Shown here: one piece after another, positions 14,629 through 27,557 of the stretch | Layout: each line of letters starts with the position of its first letter | How positions within the stretch are numbered: position 1 is the stretch's first letter | Assembly: GCF_032854445.1 (NCBI RefSeq) | Contig: NC_088295.1 | Span: forward strand, 28,628,498-28,692,497 | Length of the DNA stretch: 64,000 bases | DNA from: Liolophura sinensis | Lineage: Eukaryota | Reading direction: 5' to 3' | Program-made: the position numbers and the translations under genes | The notes under the pieces: model-generated | Seen by the model: only the letters and a program-made list of their open reading frames with translations | Databases searched by the model: none | What the model was told of the DNA's origin: nothing

Positions 14629-14890
14629 GGGGCCTCCGTGGCTCAGTCGGTCAGCGCGCTAGCGCAGCGTAATGACCCAGGAGCCTCTCACCAATGCGGT
14701 CGCTGTGAGTTCAAGTTCAGCTCATGCTGGCTTCCTCTCCGGCCGTAAGTGGGAAGGTCTGCAAGCAACCTGCGGATGGACGTGGGTGTACCCCGTCCTG
14801 TGACCGGTTTCCAACCACCATAATGCTGGCCGCCGTCGTATAAGTGAAATATTCTTGACTACGGCGTAAAACACCAATCAAATAAATAAA
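14629..14890 (+). mobile_element. Full-length family-1 tRNA-derived SINE with target-site duplication
   Basis: tRNA-like head (ggggcctccgtggctcagtcggt... gagttcaagttcagctc), conserved body and A-rich tail (caaataaataaa). Flanked on both sides by the direct repeat aacattagacgga, at 14615-14627 and at 14891-14903. Confidence 0.88.
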
Positions 14891-15334
14891 CATTAGACGG
14901 AAAAGGATATTGTCCTGGTTAACAAGGAATATATTTAGCTTGGCCTGTTTCATCGGCTACACCTGCTGCGTAGCGGCTTAAACCGCATACCGGGGAAGCT
15001 CCTGCGTCATTTCGCAGAAGAGCTGTCACTGTGAGCAGGTTGGGGCACGGGATTTTCTAGTTGCAAGGGATCCTTTTTGACATCAGTATTTACATTCAGA
15101 AATAAGATCAACGTTCATCATAGTGCAAAATTGTTGGTAAAAATGGTTAGTTCGGCTGGCACCATATGCATATGGAGATCAGAAATACGCTTGTAACAGT
15201 TGAATGTCTCATTAGGGGCCGTATCTTCATCGTGATGAATCAAAGCGCAACTCAGGTACATACTTTTATTATCGACAACTCTATAGTAACACAATACACG
15301 ATATGAATACTGATTTCGCTCACTTGCTTATAGA

Positions 15335-15567
15335 GGGCCTCCGTGGCCACGCCAGCACGTCGCAATGACCCAGATGCTTCTCACCAATGCGGTCGCTCTG
15401 AGTTCAAGTCAGCTCATGTTGGCTTCCTTTCGGTCCGTAAGTGGAAAGCTCTGTCAACCTGCGGATGGTCGTAGTTTTGCCCGGTTTCCTCCCATCATAA
15501 TGCTAACCGCCGTCGCATAAATGAAATATTCTTGAGTACGATGTAAAACACCAATCAATAAATAAAT
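15335..15567 (+). mobile_element. Family-1 tRNA-derived SINE copy (diverged, no clear TSD)
   Basis: Roughly 85% similar by eye to the 14.6 kb copy across head, body and tail (..ccaccataatgct..gtgaaatattcttgagtacg..aacaccaatcaataaataaa). Confidence 0.8.
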
Positions 15568-18500
15568 CATTTGCCGGTTGAACATACCTTGCGACTTTCC
15601 AACATCCTTGAAAACTGTTGACTTCTTCTCTTTGCATGATTCCGTCCTAATTTTGTATTTTATGTGCTTTCTTAGTTCTTTGGTAGTTTGTGTTAAACGT
15701 CGTTTTGGGAATTGGACATGTGATTATTAACCTGGAACGTCCATCTTGGTTGACGGCTGGTATACGAATGTTTGTTTCGACGCATACATTCACTGATATA
15801 TAATAACAGGCGTGACAGTAGTATTCCTCTGGCAGATGGCTACAATATTAAATCTGAATCCATGGACGTCGAAGATGACATTCAAATACCAATGTTAAGC
15901 CATAATGGACTTTCCGGGTCAATAGTCGCAAGACCAATTTCCAAACAAGGTTCAACTCAAACCAGCAAAGAACAAAGATAGTATATAAAGTAACACGTAA
16001 GGTGCCGTGTATTCAAAGGAGCAGTCAGCATTTTTTAATGATGCAGCAAAGATACCAAGAATGTTCTGGGGGTATAAATAAATTAGTCTGAAAGGTTGTA
16101 CTATGCTAGTATAATTTGGCGTTAATGACGGATATGTATCTCCGTGGCGCATTGATGGTAACTGTACACATATGGAACCTCCACACATTATTTAACACGA
16201 TGTATGTACAGCCCTCGCTCCTGCATGCTTTTCTGCTATACATCAGGAAGCTTGTCAGGCATACATCATAGGTGACAAAGTGCACGTGTTTTCTCCGGGC
16301 TTCTTTGGGTTTCTTCCAACTATTACCCTTCCCACCGTCAATAAAATAAATGAAATAAATGAATTAATTATAATACCTTTTCAGTTTTCCTGTCTCGAAC
16401 TAAGCACAGGTAAGTATATAAATGAAACGATCGACCGAACCCGAAAACTCAGCACAGAATCTTTTTTCAGTGAGACATCTGTTGTCAAACACGAATCATT
16501 TTACACATCCCAGACGTGATATAGCTTTCGGTAGTTTTCACAATTTCGATCAGATCTGTAGAGAAAGATTAGAGAAGATTAGAGTACGGTGACGGGCAGT
16601 TGATCTGTGGTATAAACATCGTGGGGATTAGCTATAGAAGTGTACAAGCTTGGGACAATAAGACACGGAGCAAGTCGGTGATGGGCACCTCTCTGTCAGC
16701 CAGACTTGTAAGGGTGTATTATGCGTTGTCAATATGCTGTAGAAAATGATAGAAGAAACTTTAAAAAGGGATTCAGGAAGACCCCACATGATGTTGTGTG
16801 GTGAAAAAGTCTGTTCTTTGCCCATGTTCTGACCTCAGTCATGATTAAGATCCCAGCACAAAACCGCATTGTCCCAAACATTTCCTCACAATGGATGTTG
16901 ACCGGATACTTTGTGAAACAAACTGAGATCTTTTGTGAAAGAGAGCCATCTACTGGATGAAGGATACCAGCTTGTCAACAGCTCAGCGAAAGACACGTAG
17001 TCAGCTACGCAAAGGGGGATTTCCAAAAACTCATGTGTGGAATGAATACGGAATTAACCAAATTAAAAAAAGAGTATAAAACAAAGTCAAAAATCTGCAC
17101 GAAGTGGGAGAGAGCTTCCGATAGCCACACAAAAGCCTTCTAACGAAATCCCCACTGGGCGCTAGTGACCCTTGATCCCCTGTTCTTGGGTGAGAAACGA
17201 AGACGGAATGGGGTGCGAGTATTTTCCCTCGAGGCAAAGATCAAAATCACACCAACAACCCGACACAGTAAAGACATATAAATGGTATTTGATGAGGTAA
17301 AAAGATCAAAAGTATGTAGCCCAGGTTTGTTTTATCCAATTTTGCATATTTACGATTTATTAACTTATTTGATCAGTATATAACGCCTTACTCAAAAATA
17401 TTTCACACCTGATACATGATTTAGAGCAGAGTGCCTGGGTCAGAGGTCAGTGAAAATCGATGGGAACAGAACTTTATAGCGCAATGAGGCGGCGAAACCT
17501 CCCATCTTATACGATAATTATTTTTGAAGATAATATTAATGTTCAACGAACTGTTTAAATATTACTTTACCCCAAGCACCAGATTAATTTACAGTTAATT
17601 CATATGAACAATATGCATCGCGTAAAAATAATATGGAAAAGTTCGTCACGCAAAAACGAAATAAAATGTACAAGCATTATACGTAGTTTGTAAAAGTCAA
17701 GTCGACTGGAAGTAATTTATTCATGGAAGTCTGTTGGGAGAGGAAGAGCGATATGAGTACATTATACATATGCCTGTACAGGATATAGAAATGGGTATGT
17801 CGATGAATAAAAATTATAGGACTTTTTGAAAGGTAACTGTGAGAATACTATAAACTTTCTTGACATCTCAATAAGAACATTTTCTGAAGGAGGCAGGTTT
17901 TCATAAAACACCAGGAACACATTAAGAGCTTTGAAAAAGTTGCCTGGAAATCATTTTGTAATTATCCCACTGACAATGGCCGTCTTATATCGGCTAGGCT
18001 TATCACGTGGTGTTACGTGTGACCTTGTTCGGGAATTTGCCATCAAAAAGAAAAGGATGATTTTTTTTTATCTTGGCTCTTGCAGAAAAATAAACACTAA
18101 GCGCAAAGCCAAAAAAAAAAAAAAAAAGAGCTGGTGCTGAGAAAAAATTGGAACGGAGTCAGAAAATATGAATTACTCAATATCCGCTCCTTCGATTTTT
18201 TCTCCTTCTCTAGCTTTCACAGAAACCTTCAAATCTCGTCGTGTCGACTTCTTGTGGACGTGATAAAACGGTATTCTCTTATTTGTCTGCAATCTCCTTG
18301 GGGAAAATTTTTTTTGTTAGCTGTATTTTTTAGCGCAATATATTCGTTTATAAAGCATTTAACATGCATACAGCAGGCACTATGTGAAAGTTATACAATA
18401 TACTCTCACTGATATATGAATTGGGGAATAACTTCACCACTTATATTCACCGAATGGACTGCTTACACCAGACATTAAATGGTAAGCGACCAGCCAAAGC

Positions 18501-18709
18501 CGTATACGTATTTACTTTACGTCCGTTACTCCCAATTTATATGTAAGATTTATTGCAAAATGTTAAGTTTAAGACACCAAACAATATCTGTAGTTTGTAG
18601 TTAGAACTATATACGGATACACTGTTTCTTTGTTACAACATGAATATTAAAGTGTGCTCTTAGGATGTTTGCTTAATGAAGTCTTTAGAACTTTAGTCTT
18701 TTCTTCATT

Positions 18710-19040
18710 TATGCCGACCGGGACCAATAGCACAGTTGGTAGAATATCCCTTGGTCGGGTCACGCCTAGGATCTTTTAAAGAGGAAGTTGTAGTTTCTTT
18801 GCTTGGCGTTCAGCATTAAGGGGATAGTGCAACGACTGACTGGCCCGAATCAGTATAATCGTTCGGGCGGGACGGTTTTACTTCGTCTCAGTGAAGCAGC
18901 ACTAGATAAAAGAGCGGTGGAAATCTGTCCTGCAACAAAGAGGCACATTACACATATATGGACTCCAAGGGCTCCGTCGTCGTCATATGACTGAAAAATT
19001 GTTAAGTACGACGTTAAACCCCAAGCACTCACTCACTCGT
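18710..19040 (+). mobile_element. Family-2 tRNA-derived SINE (head with A-box tagcacagttggtaga; tail ...gttaagtacgacgttaaaccccaagcactcactcactcg)
   Basis: Pol III A-box-like head. The 3' 100 bp re-occur in reverse complement at 60601-60700, showing the element is repetitive. Confidence 0.6.
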
Positions 19041-19127
19041 TTATGCTGCGAAAATAATCTCTGTCGTCTGTCGAGAGACATCAGTGCCTCTATATGGTAT
19101 TTATCTGATTAGAGTCTAAAGCTGTGC

Positions 19128-19310
19128 TCAAGACATTTTCACTGGTTTACCGGAGTGCCGGGAGTAAACCACCGACCACAGGGTAACTGACAAAAGTCCT
19201 GACGTAAAGTCACAGCCCAAGCAGCGAGAGCTGGATTCGAACACGCGACCTGATTGACCTAGGGCCCGATAGTCGCAGTGACACAACAGGGGGCTATTCC
19301 ACAAAGACAT
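19128..19310 (-). mobile_element. tRNA-derived SINE-like element on the minus strand (B-box ggtcgcgtgttcgaatccagctc in reverse complement)
   Basis: Reverse complement contains ...gggccctaggtcaatcaggtcgcgtgttcgaatccagctctcgctgcttgggc..., the same head architecture as family 1. Confidence 0.5.
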
Positions 19311-19362
19311 TTCTCATTTAAATCGAAATTTAAAACTTTTCAGAATGTACAGTTTTCGGTGC

Positions 19363-19616
19363 ATGGAGCTAAAGTTTGGTTAGCTCGCTAGCTCAGCGTA
19401 ATGACTCGGAAGCCTCCCACCAATGCGGTCGATGTGAGTTCAAGTCCAGCTCATGCTGGCTTCCTCTCTGACCGTAAGTTGGACAGTCAGCAAACTGTGG
19501 ATTGTCGTGGGTTTCCTCCGCGCTGGGCCCGGTTTCCTCCCACCATAATGCTGGCTACCGTCGCATAAGTGAAATATTCTTGAGTACGGTATAAAACACC
19601 AATCAAATAAATAAAT
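19363..19616 (+). mobile_element. Family-1 tRNA-derived SINE copy
   Basis: gagttcaagtccagctcatgctggcttcctctc...ccaccataatgctggctaccgtcgcataagtgaaatattcttgagtacggtataaaacaccaatcaaataaataaatgaatgaataa. Confidence 0.85.
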
Positions 19617-22600
19617 GAATGAATAATTTCTAAAGGCCAAAAATAAACTTTAAGCATGTACTTCAAATTTTGACATATGTCAGAAATGGTTTTGTGGAAA
19701 ACCAGTACTTATAGTACGTTGATGAATATGTATTTCACGACTGAGCTTTGTTGGCGACAGGTCAACATACGTATAATTCGCAAATGGCATCTTTGTCTAA
19801 ATTTAAAGGCTATTAGTCTTTTCAACTGTATATAAAAACATAACCCTCAGTAAGACGTTGTCCACATATTTCATCAAATGAAACAATCCTTCACTTGTTT
19901 AATGTCGGTACAGTGCAAACAGAACGAATCAACAATCCAATCTTCTCAAATTCAGCACTCATGAAATGTCCATTTTGTATACTTTCAGATTTATTGCATA
20001 AACTGTATACGTATTAAAGAGTTATTAAATACGATATACTGACACATAGTTATATATTATTCATTTCTATAACGGTTTAATGTTTTGAGTGTAGAGGGTT
20101 GGGTGATTTGTTATGGCTATTTAAATATTATACAATATGTTGGAACATACATATAAATACGTCACAATATTCTTCATTCAGAAAAAAGTCATAACTTTTG
20201 GACAATTTACGTCCCAAACAATATACAGATCGAGATACGCCTGCATGGAAGCTACAGGGTAACCTGATATGTCAATTTATTTACATGTTTGTTAATTTTT
20301 AAAATGTCATATATTCTTTTATTGCAATTTCCTATTTAAAAAAAAAAAAAAAAAAAAAATTCCTGACACAACGCTCCTCGTGACCAAGTACAGCAATACT
20401 TGAATAACCACCGAAAGATGCCTTTTAAAATTTCCTCTTTGTGCGCAACACACGCTGCAGAGCTAAGAAAACTTCACTTAAAAGCCAAGATCAAAGTAAA
20501 GGAGAACATTCTTGAATTTCCAGCAAAGTTAAAAGTTACTGAGTACATGGGCGAGGCTGTCTAGGACATTTCTGAAAAGGGAAGTTCCTGCTTCGTTAAG
20601 TCATTTGTGCTGAACTTATATTTGGTATAAACACATTAAAGACTCACGCTGTCTAAAGTGACTTTAGCTTGATGCTTCAGTGCACGAGACATACCACGCA
20701 TGCGCAGTACTAGATAAGTTATTATACTAACCAACAAAGTGATTCCCAGTATCCTAAAGGCACTTAGGAAACTCCCAAAATTCTAACCCGTAAAAATATC
20801 GAAAGCATATAACCATGCAGACGATGACAGCAATTGTCAGTTAACAAGCAGTATGAGAGTTCACGCTATAGACCGGTATAATACCAACCTGTTGTTAATG
20901 AAAAGTCAAAGTGTCGAGCTCTTTTATTAAATGCAGTTATTGCTTTTGCAGTTTACCCGTAGGTGGGCAATGCAGCGGATAACGAATTTCAACGGCTTTA
21001 GACTCAGTTGCCTTTTGATGTCATTATTACAAAACTTTTGATGGAAGATCAAACCCAGTCTGATGTATACAGCCATCGGTTATTCAATAAAAACCAGACT
21101 TTTAACCAAAATTAATATGAAATAAATAAGTGTCGGAAATGCATTAGATATTAAAAGAGGAAGTAATTAAATACCACACCCTAAACGTGACGAATTATTA
21201 TTTATTATTTTGGCAACAGAGGTGGTAGATATGTCAATGTCGTCAGCTTAATAAGTGTGTCTTATTCCGCTTAAACTGGGCCAGGGGTTGTACATTCGAC
21301 TTGTTGAATTAAATCGCGATGTTAGATATATGAACAGTTGCAATCAACAGAGATACATATTTTGACAAATCATAAAATAGTATAAAAAATGTACACGATT
21401 TGGATACTGATTTCATACATTCGCCTAGAACATTCTTGCGTCTTTCCATCATTACTGAACATGTTTAACTTCATCTTTTCGTATGAACCTGTCTTAAATG
21501 GTGGTTTGTGTTGAACGTTCTTTTTGGCAATTGTCTTTGCAATTATTGACCTGCAACAGAAGTATACAGAGGCCTTACTTCATGTTGCTCTAGCAGTTCA
21601 CCTACTGAATTCTGTGTCATTACTAAGCGATACAAAAATCCTTATTTCCCCCACTACACTGATTTTGTGCGTGCACATTAAACTAGTATCCCTGCTGCAT
21701 AAATTTCCCCATCGTGTTTGGAAGTTCGCGAGAAATGTGAAAGTTTGACAGGGTGCAGCGCTTTCCAAGGTCTTAAAAACAGAGAGTCCTGACGGTTCAA
21801 CTTATATGGGACAAAAATGACAATCTCGGTTTTGAAATTGGAAATAACCCATATGTAGATAGTAATATAACATATGGCATGTGTATATCTCGCTTTGTAG
21901 CAGTTATTATATCCTGTGTAAGATGTGATGATTTCAGCCTGCGTCAATATATTGATTTAAAAAAACATCGCGTCTATATAGGATACTTTAGCAAGCGCCA
22001 TTTAGTTCTACATTGAATGTAACACTTTTGTTGGCAAATGGGGACACAGCCTTCACGATCTCTGGCGATCAATGCCAAAGTTGCATCTAATTTGACTAAA
22101 TCCTGCATGGGCCGAAGATTTACAATCAAATCTGAGTGAGATACCTATATATTTGTATTGGACCGTGGAAATCATCTACAGGCAAAATACGATGTACGAG
22201 TTCCATATCTTATCTGGGTCTCATGACTAGAATCTCCACTATCATTGAAAACCGTTACCAATATTATCATTATCTTACATGTTACCAACTTTATTTATAA
22301 GTTATATATTATTTCTTACCTATGCCTTTGGGAATTTACGTTCTAGGTTATTTTGGAAATGAGTCTTGCGATCATCGACGTGGAACGCTCCATCATGCCG
22401 GACTTGTCGCTTTTATCCAACTGGTTTCTTTTAAAACAAGATACCCATTGCATTAGTAAAATCAAACAAATAAAAGTGCACTTACAAGTCATGCGAAATC
22501 AAATGCAAACACACTGATCTGATTATGTGAAATTCATAAACGAAATACAAAAATGAACGAAATAGCAAAAACTCGAAGCACTGAAATCGCATCACTATAC

Positions 22601-22794
22601 TTCGCTGACTCTAAAAGAGCTAAAAAATAAAAAACAGAAATAGCTCAAAATGAATTAGTACGAGAACAAAAACTTGGTCGCTAAAACCATAAACTACCCT
22701 TACTAATCAAACAACACGCTGCTTAAAATACACATTTGCATGAGATTTGATCGACCCAATTCGTTTGGGTTAAAGAGAGCCCTATTTTATGTTA

Positions 22795-22860
22795 ATCGCA
22801 GCTGCACTATGTTAATCGCAGCTGCACTATGTTAATCGCAAATGTACCATGTTTATTAAG
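22795..22860. repeat. 3 tandem copies of a 22-bp unit (gttaatcgcagctgcactat), followed by a C10/A10 homopolymer at 22878-22910
   Basis: Seen directly. Confidence 0.85.
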
Positions 22861-24800
22861 GCCAAATCCTACCCCATGTACACTGAACCCCCCCCCCCCA
22901 AAAAAAAACAAACGTTTAACATTTTAAAGCGCGGTAAACACCTCTGCAGCAGATAATAAACGTGCTTAATGTTTATTTGTAACATGCTTGTTAAACATGT
23001 TTATCCAACAACTAATAATAAGACCGCTTTATAATGTTGATCCTATGCCTTGAGAACTTTAAATCACTCCGTTTAAGCAAAAAACCATACAATTTACTAC
23101 ATAAATGATTGCATTTATACAATAAATGTACGTATTTATAAAATACTGCATGTATTTATAAAATACATCCATGTATTTATGAAACAAACGCACCTTAGAC
23201 ATGTTAAACTTTAGCAGTTATAACAGTGCATTTAATTTTACCCTAGTACATATAGGGTAAGAAAAAGTACGCAATTAGCCCTAAAATAGAGGTATGATGT
23301 TTGCCTAAGTTCCTTTTAGCAGTCTTTGTGGAACAAAACTATTCCTTATTGCTAAATTTTCCTGCTGTGTATGTTCAGCTTACAGGATCGAGGTGGGTAA
23401 AGCCCATGCATATATCTAAATGTCATTACGAATGGACGCTGGATGTAGCATTGATGTAGCATGGCTGTAGCATCTTACAGTTTCATGGCATAGTGTTTGT
23501 TTGAACAGCGGCATCATTATAACACACGCAATCCTATACATAACTAACCGCCGTTGTATAACAGAACAGCGATAAACACAGTATAAAATATCCTTTCACA
23601 CAGGATGGAGGATAATTTGACATGCTATGACAAAGCAGCTTCTTCCCTACATCTGTATACATAAATATAGTTGTACACTTCAAACAAAAGTAGCTCATTA
23701 CGTCCCTTGAACACACTTCTAGCGATTCGGTGTCTTGAATAGATTTTTAACACTTCTTATTGAAAATGATGAATGAGCAATGGGTGAGTTATTTTAACGG
23801 TACACCCACACGCAATCGGCTGTATCACGCAACAAAGTTAAACTCTGACAAGTGGTCTGTGTAGGCATTTCAGAGGCAATCACTGACTCAAGCGCCGGAT
23901 ATATGGCTACATACAGCACAGTGCATATAATAAGTACAGATACCCTCACACCAAGTAGGCTGCACTCCCTAGTAGCTTTGCTTTGTCACATGTTGCGAAA
24001 GGTCGTGGGTGAAATAGTGCATCGTCTTAAAAGGGAAAATGGAATTGATTCACTGACGAAACCCGTTGTCTCATGCGGTTGACCAAATCATAAATTCTGA
24101 TAATACTATAAAGATTGGAACAAGAGTTCAGATAAACTCAATATAGCCCGGACAAATATATTCCTATTTGCATACAAAAAATATACATTAGGAGAAGTAG
24201 GGAAATTCCTAGCCGAGATACCATGGCAACGACTTTGTATCTATGTATCCAACAAAAATTAAAACAGCGAATGAAACCTATTAATGGAGTACTTGTACGT
24301 TTAGGAATGATACCTATCTATAATGTCGCAAAACTGACAATCTGTTTACCATGACGAGCGCCAGAAATGGCGAAATGTAAGGCGGAACACATAATCACCC
24401 CTGTATATCTAAAGTTATGAAACGATCACAACAATATATATACTTTCAAACAGCAGTTGCTATTAAAATTTGCCGACTTTGGATTTAGGTATCCTCCCTA
24501 AAATATCTAGTGTTACACAATACTACACAAATATCAATTTTGTAATATGAATGTGTTTTACTTACATGATTTACCCGTGTTGTACACGCTTTTAGCGTTC
24601 TCATTCACACCATTTCCTTGACCAGTTATATTGTCACTGTAAACCATACCATACTACTGTCATGTGCAGCATGCCCCTACAACATTTCCTTGAGAACAAT
24701 TCCTCGGCTGTTGACTAGATCTATGCGCCTAGGTATAGAGTCATTCTGTCGTTTTTTACATGCAGGCGTCTTTGTGTCAATACCTTTGAGGTAATACCTT

Positions 24801-24803
<3 letters not shown>

Positions 24804-24894
<91 letters not shown>
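24804..24894. repeat. (AT)n microsatellite, about 45 units
   Basis: Perfect run. It gives the YIYIYI ORF on the minus strand. Confidence 0.97.
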
Positions 24895-24897
<3 letters not shown>

Positions 24898-27334
24898 ATA
24901 CCCGCTTGTATACTGATTGTGACATATATGTACATATATATAGGTTTATCGAGTTCAAATTCAGTTACACACAGTTTTGAAAAGAAGTATTACGCTTTAT
25001 GAAATATTTGTGAAAAGAATCCCTTTGCAGTCACAACATAACAGATCCGTCTTTGATGTCGCAATCGTTCCATCACATTCGCTACGGGAGAAGCGGGTTG
25101 TCATAAAGTGACTTAAGAAAAACCGGTTCGGGTTTATGTTTGGGGTAACCCTTAATGTACCAAATGTTATCAAAAACATCTGAACAGGAAAGAAACAGTG
25201 GGTAGAGAAGTTAATTTCGCCGCTTTGTCCGACGTGGTCTAAGAAGGCACACGATGTGACAAAGATGGCAGCATGCCCCATCGGAGGCCGAACGCATCAA
25301 TCAAATGGGCATAGAAATAGCTCGTTGGAGTCCAGCTATTTTGTCTGATTCCAGTTGAAACGGATGAACTATCAAAGAGGTATGCGCACGAGCTCAACAA
25401 AACACATGCCTGACTTTGACTTTGAAAAGTCTGTCAACGAGTTACGTTTCGCCAGGTTTCATTCCTGTTTAACTGTGAAGAAAAACAGGGGCCAGAAGGT
25501 GAAAAGACAATATTTTACCTCCATGAAAGCTGTCCTCGAAACGACATATGTTACCTGACCTTTACCCATCACCCTGTGGAAATTAACATCACACTTAGGT
25601 TACAAAGCTAAGTCATTGTATTGGAACGAAGTCGTAGGATGTCAACCAATATCAAAAAAAGGTTTCCATTGAAAAGCGAATCCACACAAAAACCAAGATT
25701 CTACTTTGACCCAGAGCTCTGGAAAACTTCTTTTTTGAAGTTGTGCATTTGTATTTTATAACATCTGCATGGTCGCATAACCATGGCGTATTTATCTTTA
25801 TGGAGTGAAAATACACCGCGGTGAAGTGGCGTGGTTACAAAGTTAAGAATACTTTCTTCTTTGCACAGCAATAATTGTTATACACAATAAGGCCGTGGAA
25901 AGAGAAGAGATCTCTCTGACTTTTTTACACGCATTTTATTCACTCATGCATGCAGTCTGTATACTATGTGTTAATGGTCATCGCCAACAAGCTGTGATAA
26001 TTTTAATGGCAAAGCTAGAAATGAATTTGGAAGACAGGTGATGAAAGTTATCTTAGCTTTATATAAATTTGCACAAATTATATGCCCATCGTTTCAAAAC
26101 ATTGTAATCACCATCAGCGTACCCGGTTTCAGGCTCTTTAAAACATGTATTTATAGATATCAAGTCTCATCACGGCTGTTACGAACAGTTCTATGGAACA
26201 ACGGCATTGCTTTTCATCTTCTTGTCGTTGTCGAAGATGATCGGTGTACTACTTGTTCTTTTCGTGACGTGCATTTTTAGTGCATCCATCTCGCCACCCA
26301 AAGCCAAGTGAAACACGAATATACTTTCTGTAGTATAGCATAGATTCTTTCGCTTTTACAACACATTTCATCTGAAATACATGTTGATTTAAACCATATT
26401 TTTTGTCGCGTGGATCATTAAATGAACAGATTAAACTACAGGGAAAAACCTGCCATGGTTTTCTAAAAAAAAAACCTTGTCGAAATTCACGTGTTCTGCA
26501 GCTGCTGGCCCTTAAAGGTGCATTTGTTGTTGTTGTTCGATGATTAGTACCGGTATTTCCTTCCGTTTCATTTCCTTTTTAGTTCGTCGATCCACTGACT
26601 GTGATGTCAAATTTCAACACAAGTTACACCGCTTAGCCAGCAATAGCTCTCAGCTTTAGGTCACTAAATGTGACAGTAATGGCTGAAGCAAAATGTCTGC
26701 CTTATTGCTCATGCATATAGTGTCTGTCGCAACATATTATATAGCGAACAAAGTCTCCAGTCACACCTGCTGCACAACCAGGACATAGCAGTGAAAACTT
26801 CCGAAGCACACTTTTTTTTTTATCATCTGTCAACAATCGTTGATACGGTAGAAGGTTTGAATGCCGTGTGTCTTGAAACAGAAATACAGAACATTGCATC
26901 TTACAATCTTAGTTCAAAGTTTTTTCATAACTGTTTAATGTAGGACATGTAAAGCGCTTATTTTCACTAAACTTCATAAATCAAGCTTTCTTAACTTTTT
27001 CTCAAACTATATATACATTTAGCTGTATGACATTTTAATCAAGTTTTGAGATAAAGTTCACAGTTGCACCAAAACGCCCATATTGTATTGAACAATTTTG
27101 GGTTGCTAGCTTCTGGTAAGAATGGTAAGATAAGAATGATAATGATATGGCACCAACCGAAACCCGTTGGTCTGACCTCTTTCCACTTTGAGGCTGTATA
27201 TTCGAACCATGGAACCACGTTTGATGACTCAATGCTCATACTGGATCTGACAATATGTTTTCTTATCTACATGGCGACTATTTGGTGTACATGTATATAC
27301 AAATTTATCCAAAGATATTAAGAATGTATTCAGA

Positions 27335-27557
27335 AGCTTCCGTGGCCGATGTAGTTAGCGCGCCATCGTGTCTCAATGACCCAGGGACCTCTCAACAGTG
27401 CGGACGTTGTGAGTTCAAGTCTCTCCGGCCGTACGTGGGAATATCTGTCAGCAACCTTTCCTCCCACCATAATGCTGGCCGCCGTCGTATAAGTGAAATA
27501 TTCTTGAGTATGCCGTAAAACACCAATGAAAAATTACATAAAATAAATAAATAAAAG
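27335..27557 (+). mobile_element. Family-1 tRNA-derived SINE copy with an internal deletion of about 25 bp
   Basis: gaagcttccgtggc...aatgacccagggacctctcaacagtgcgg..gtgagttcaagtctc | (agctcatgctggcttcct missing) | tccggccgtacgtggga...accataatgctggccgccgtcgtataagtgaaatattcttgagtatgccgtaaaacaccaatg. Confidence 0.8.

Noticed and set aside
24677-24958. ORFs with YIYIYI runs (also 10572-10772 and 59305-59517)
   Set aside because: They are translations of (TA)n/(AT)n microsatellites.
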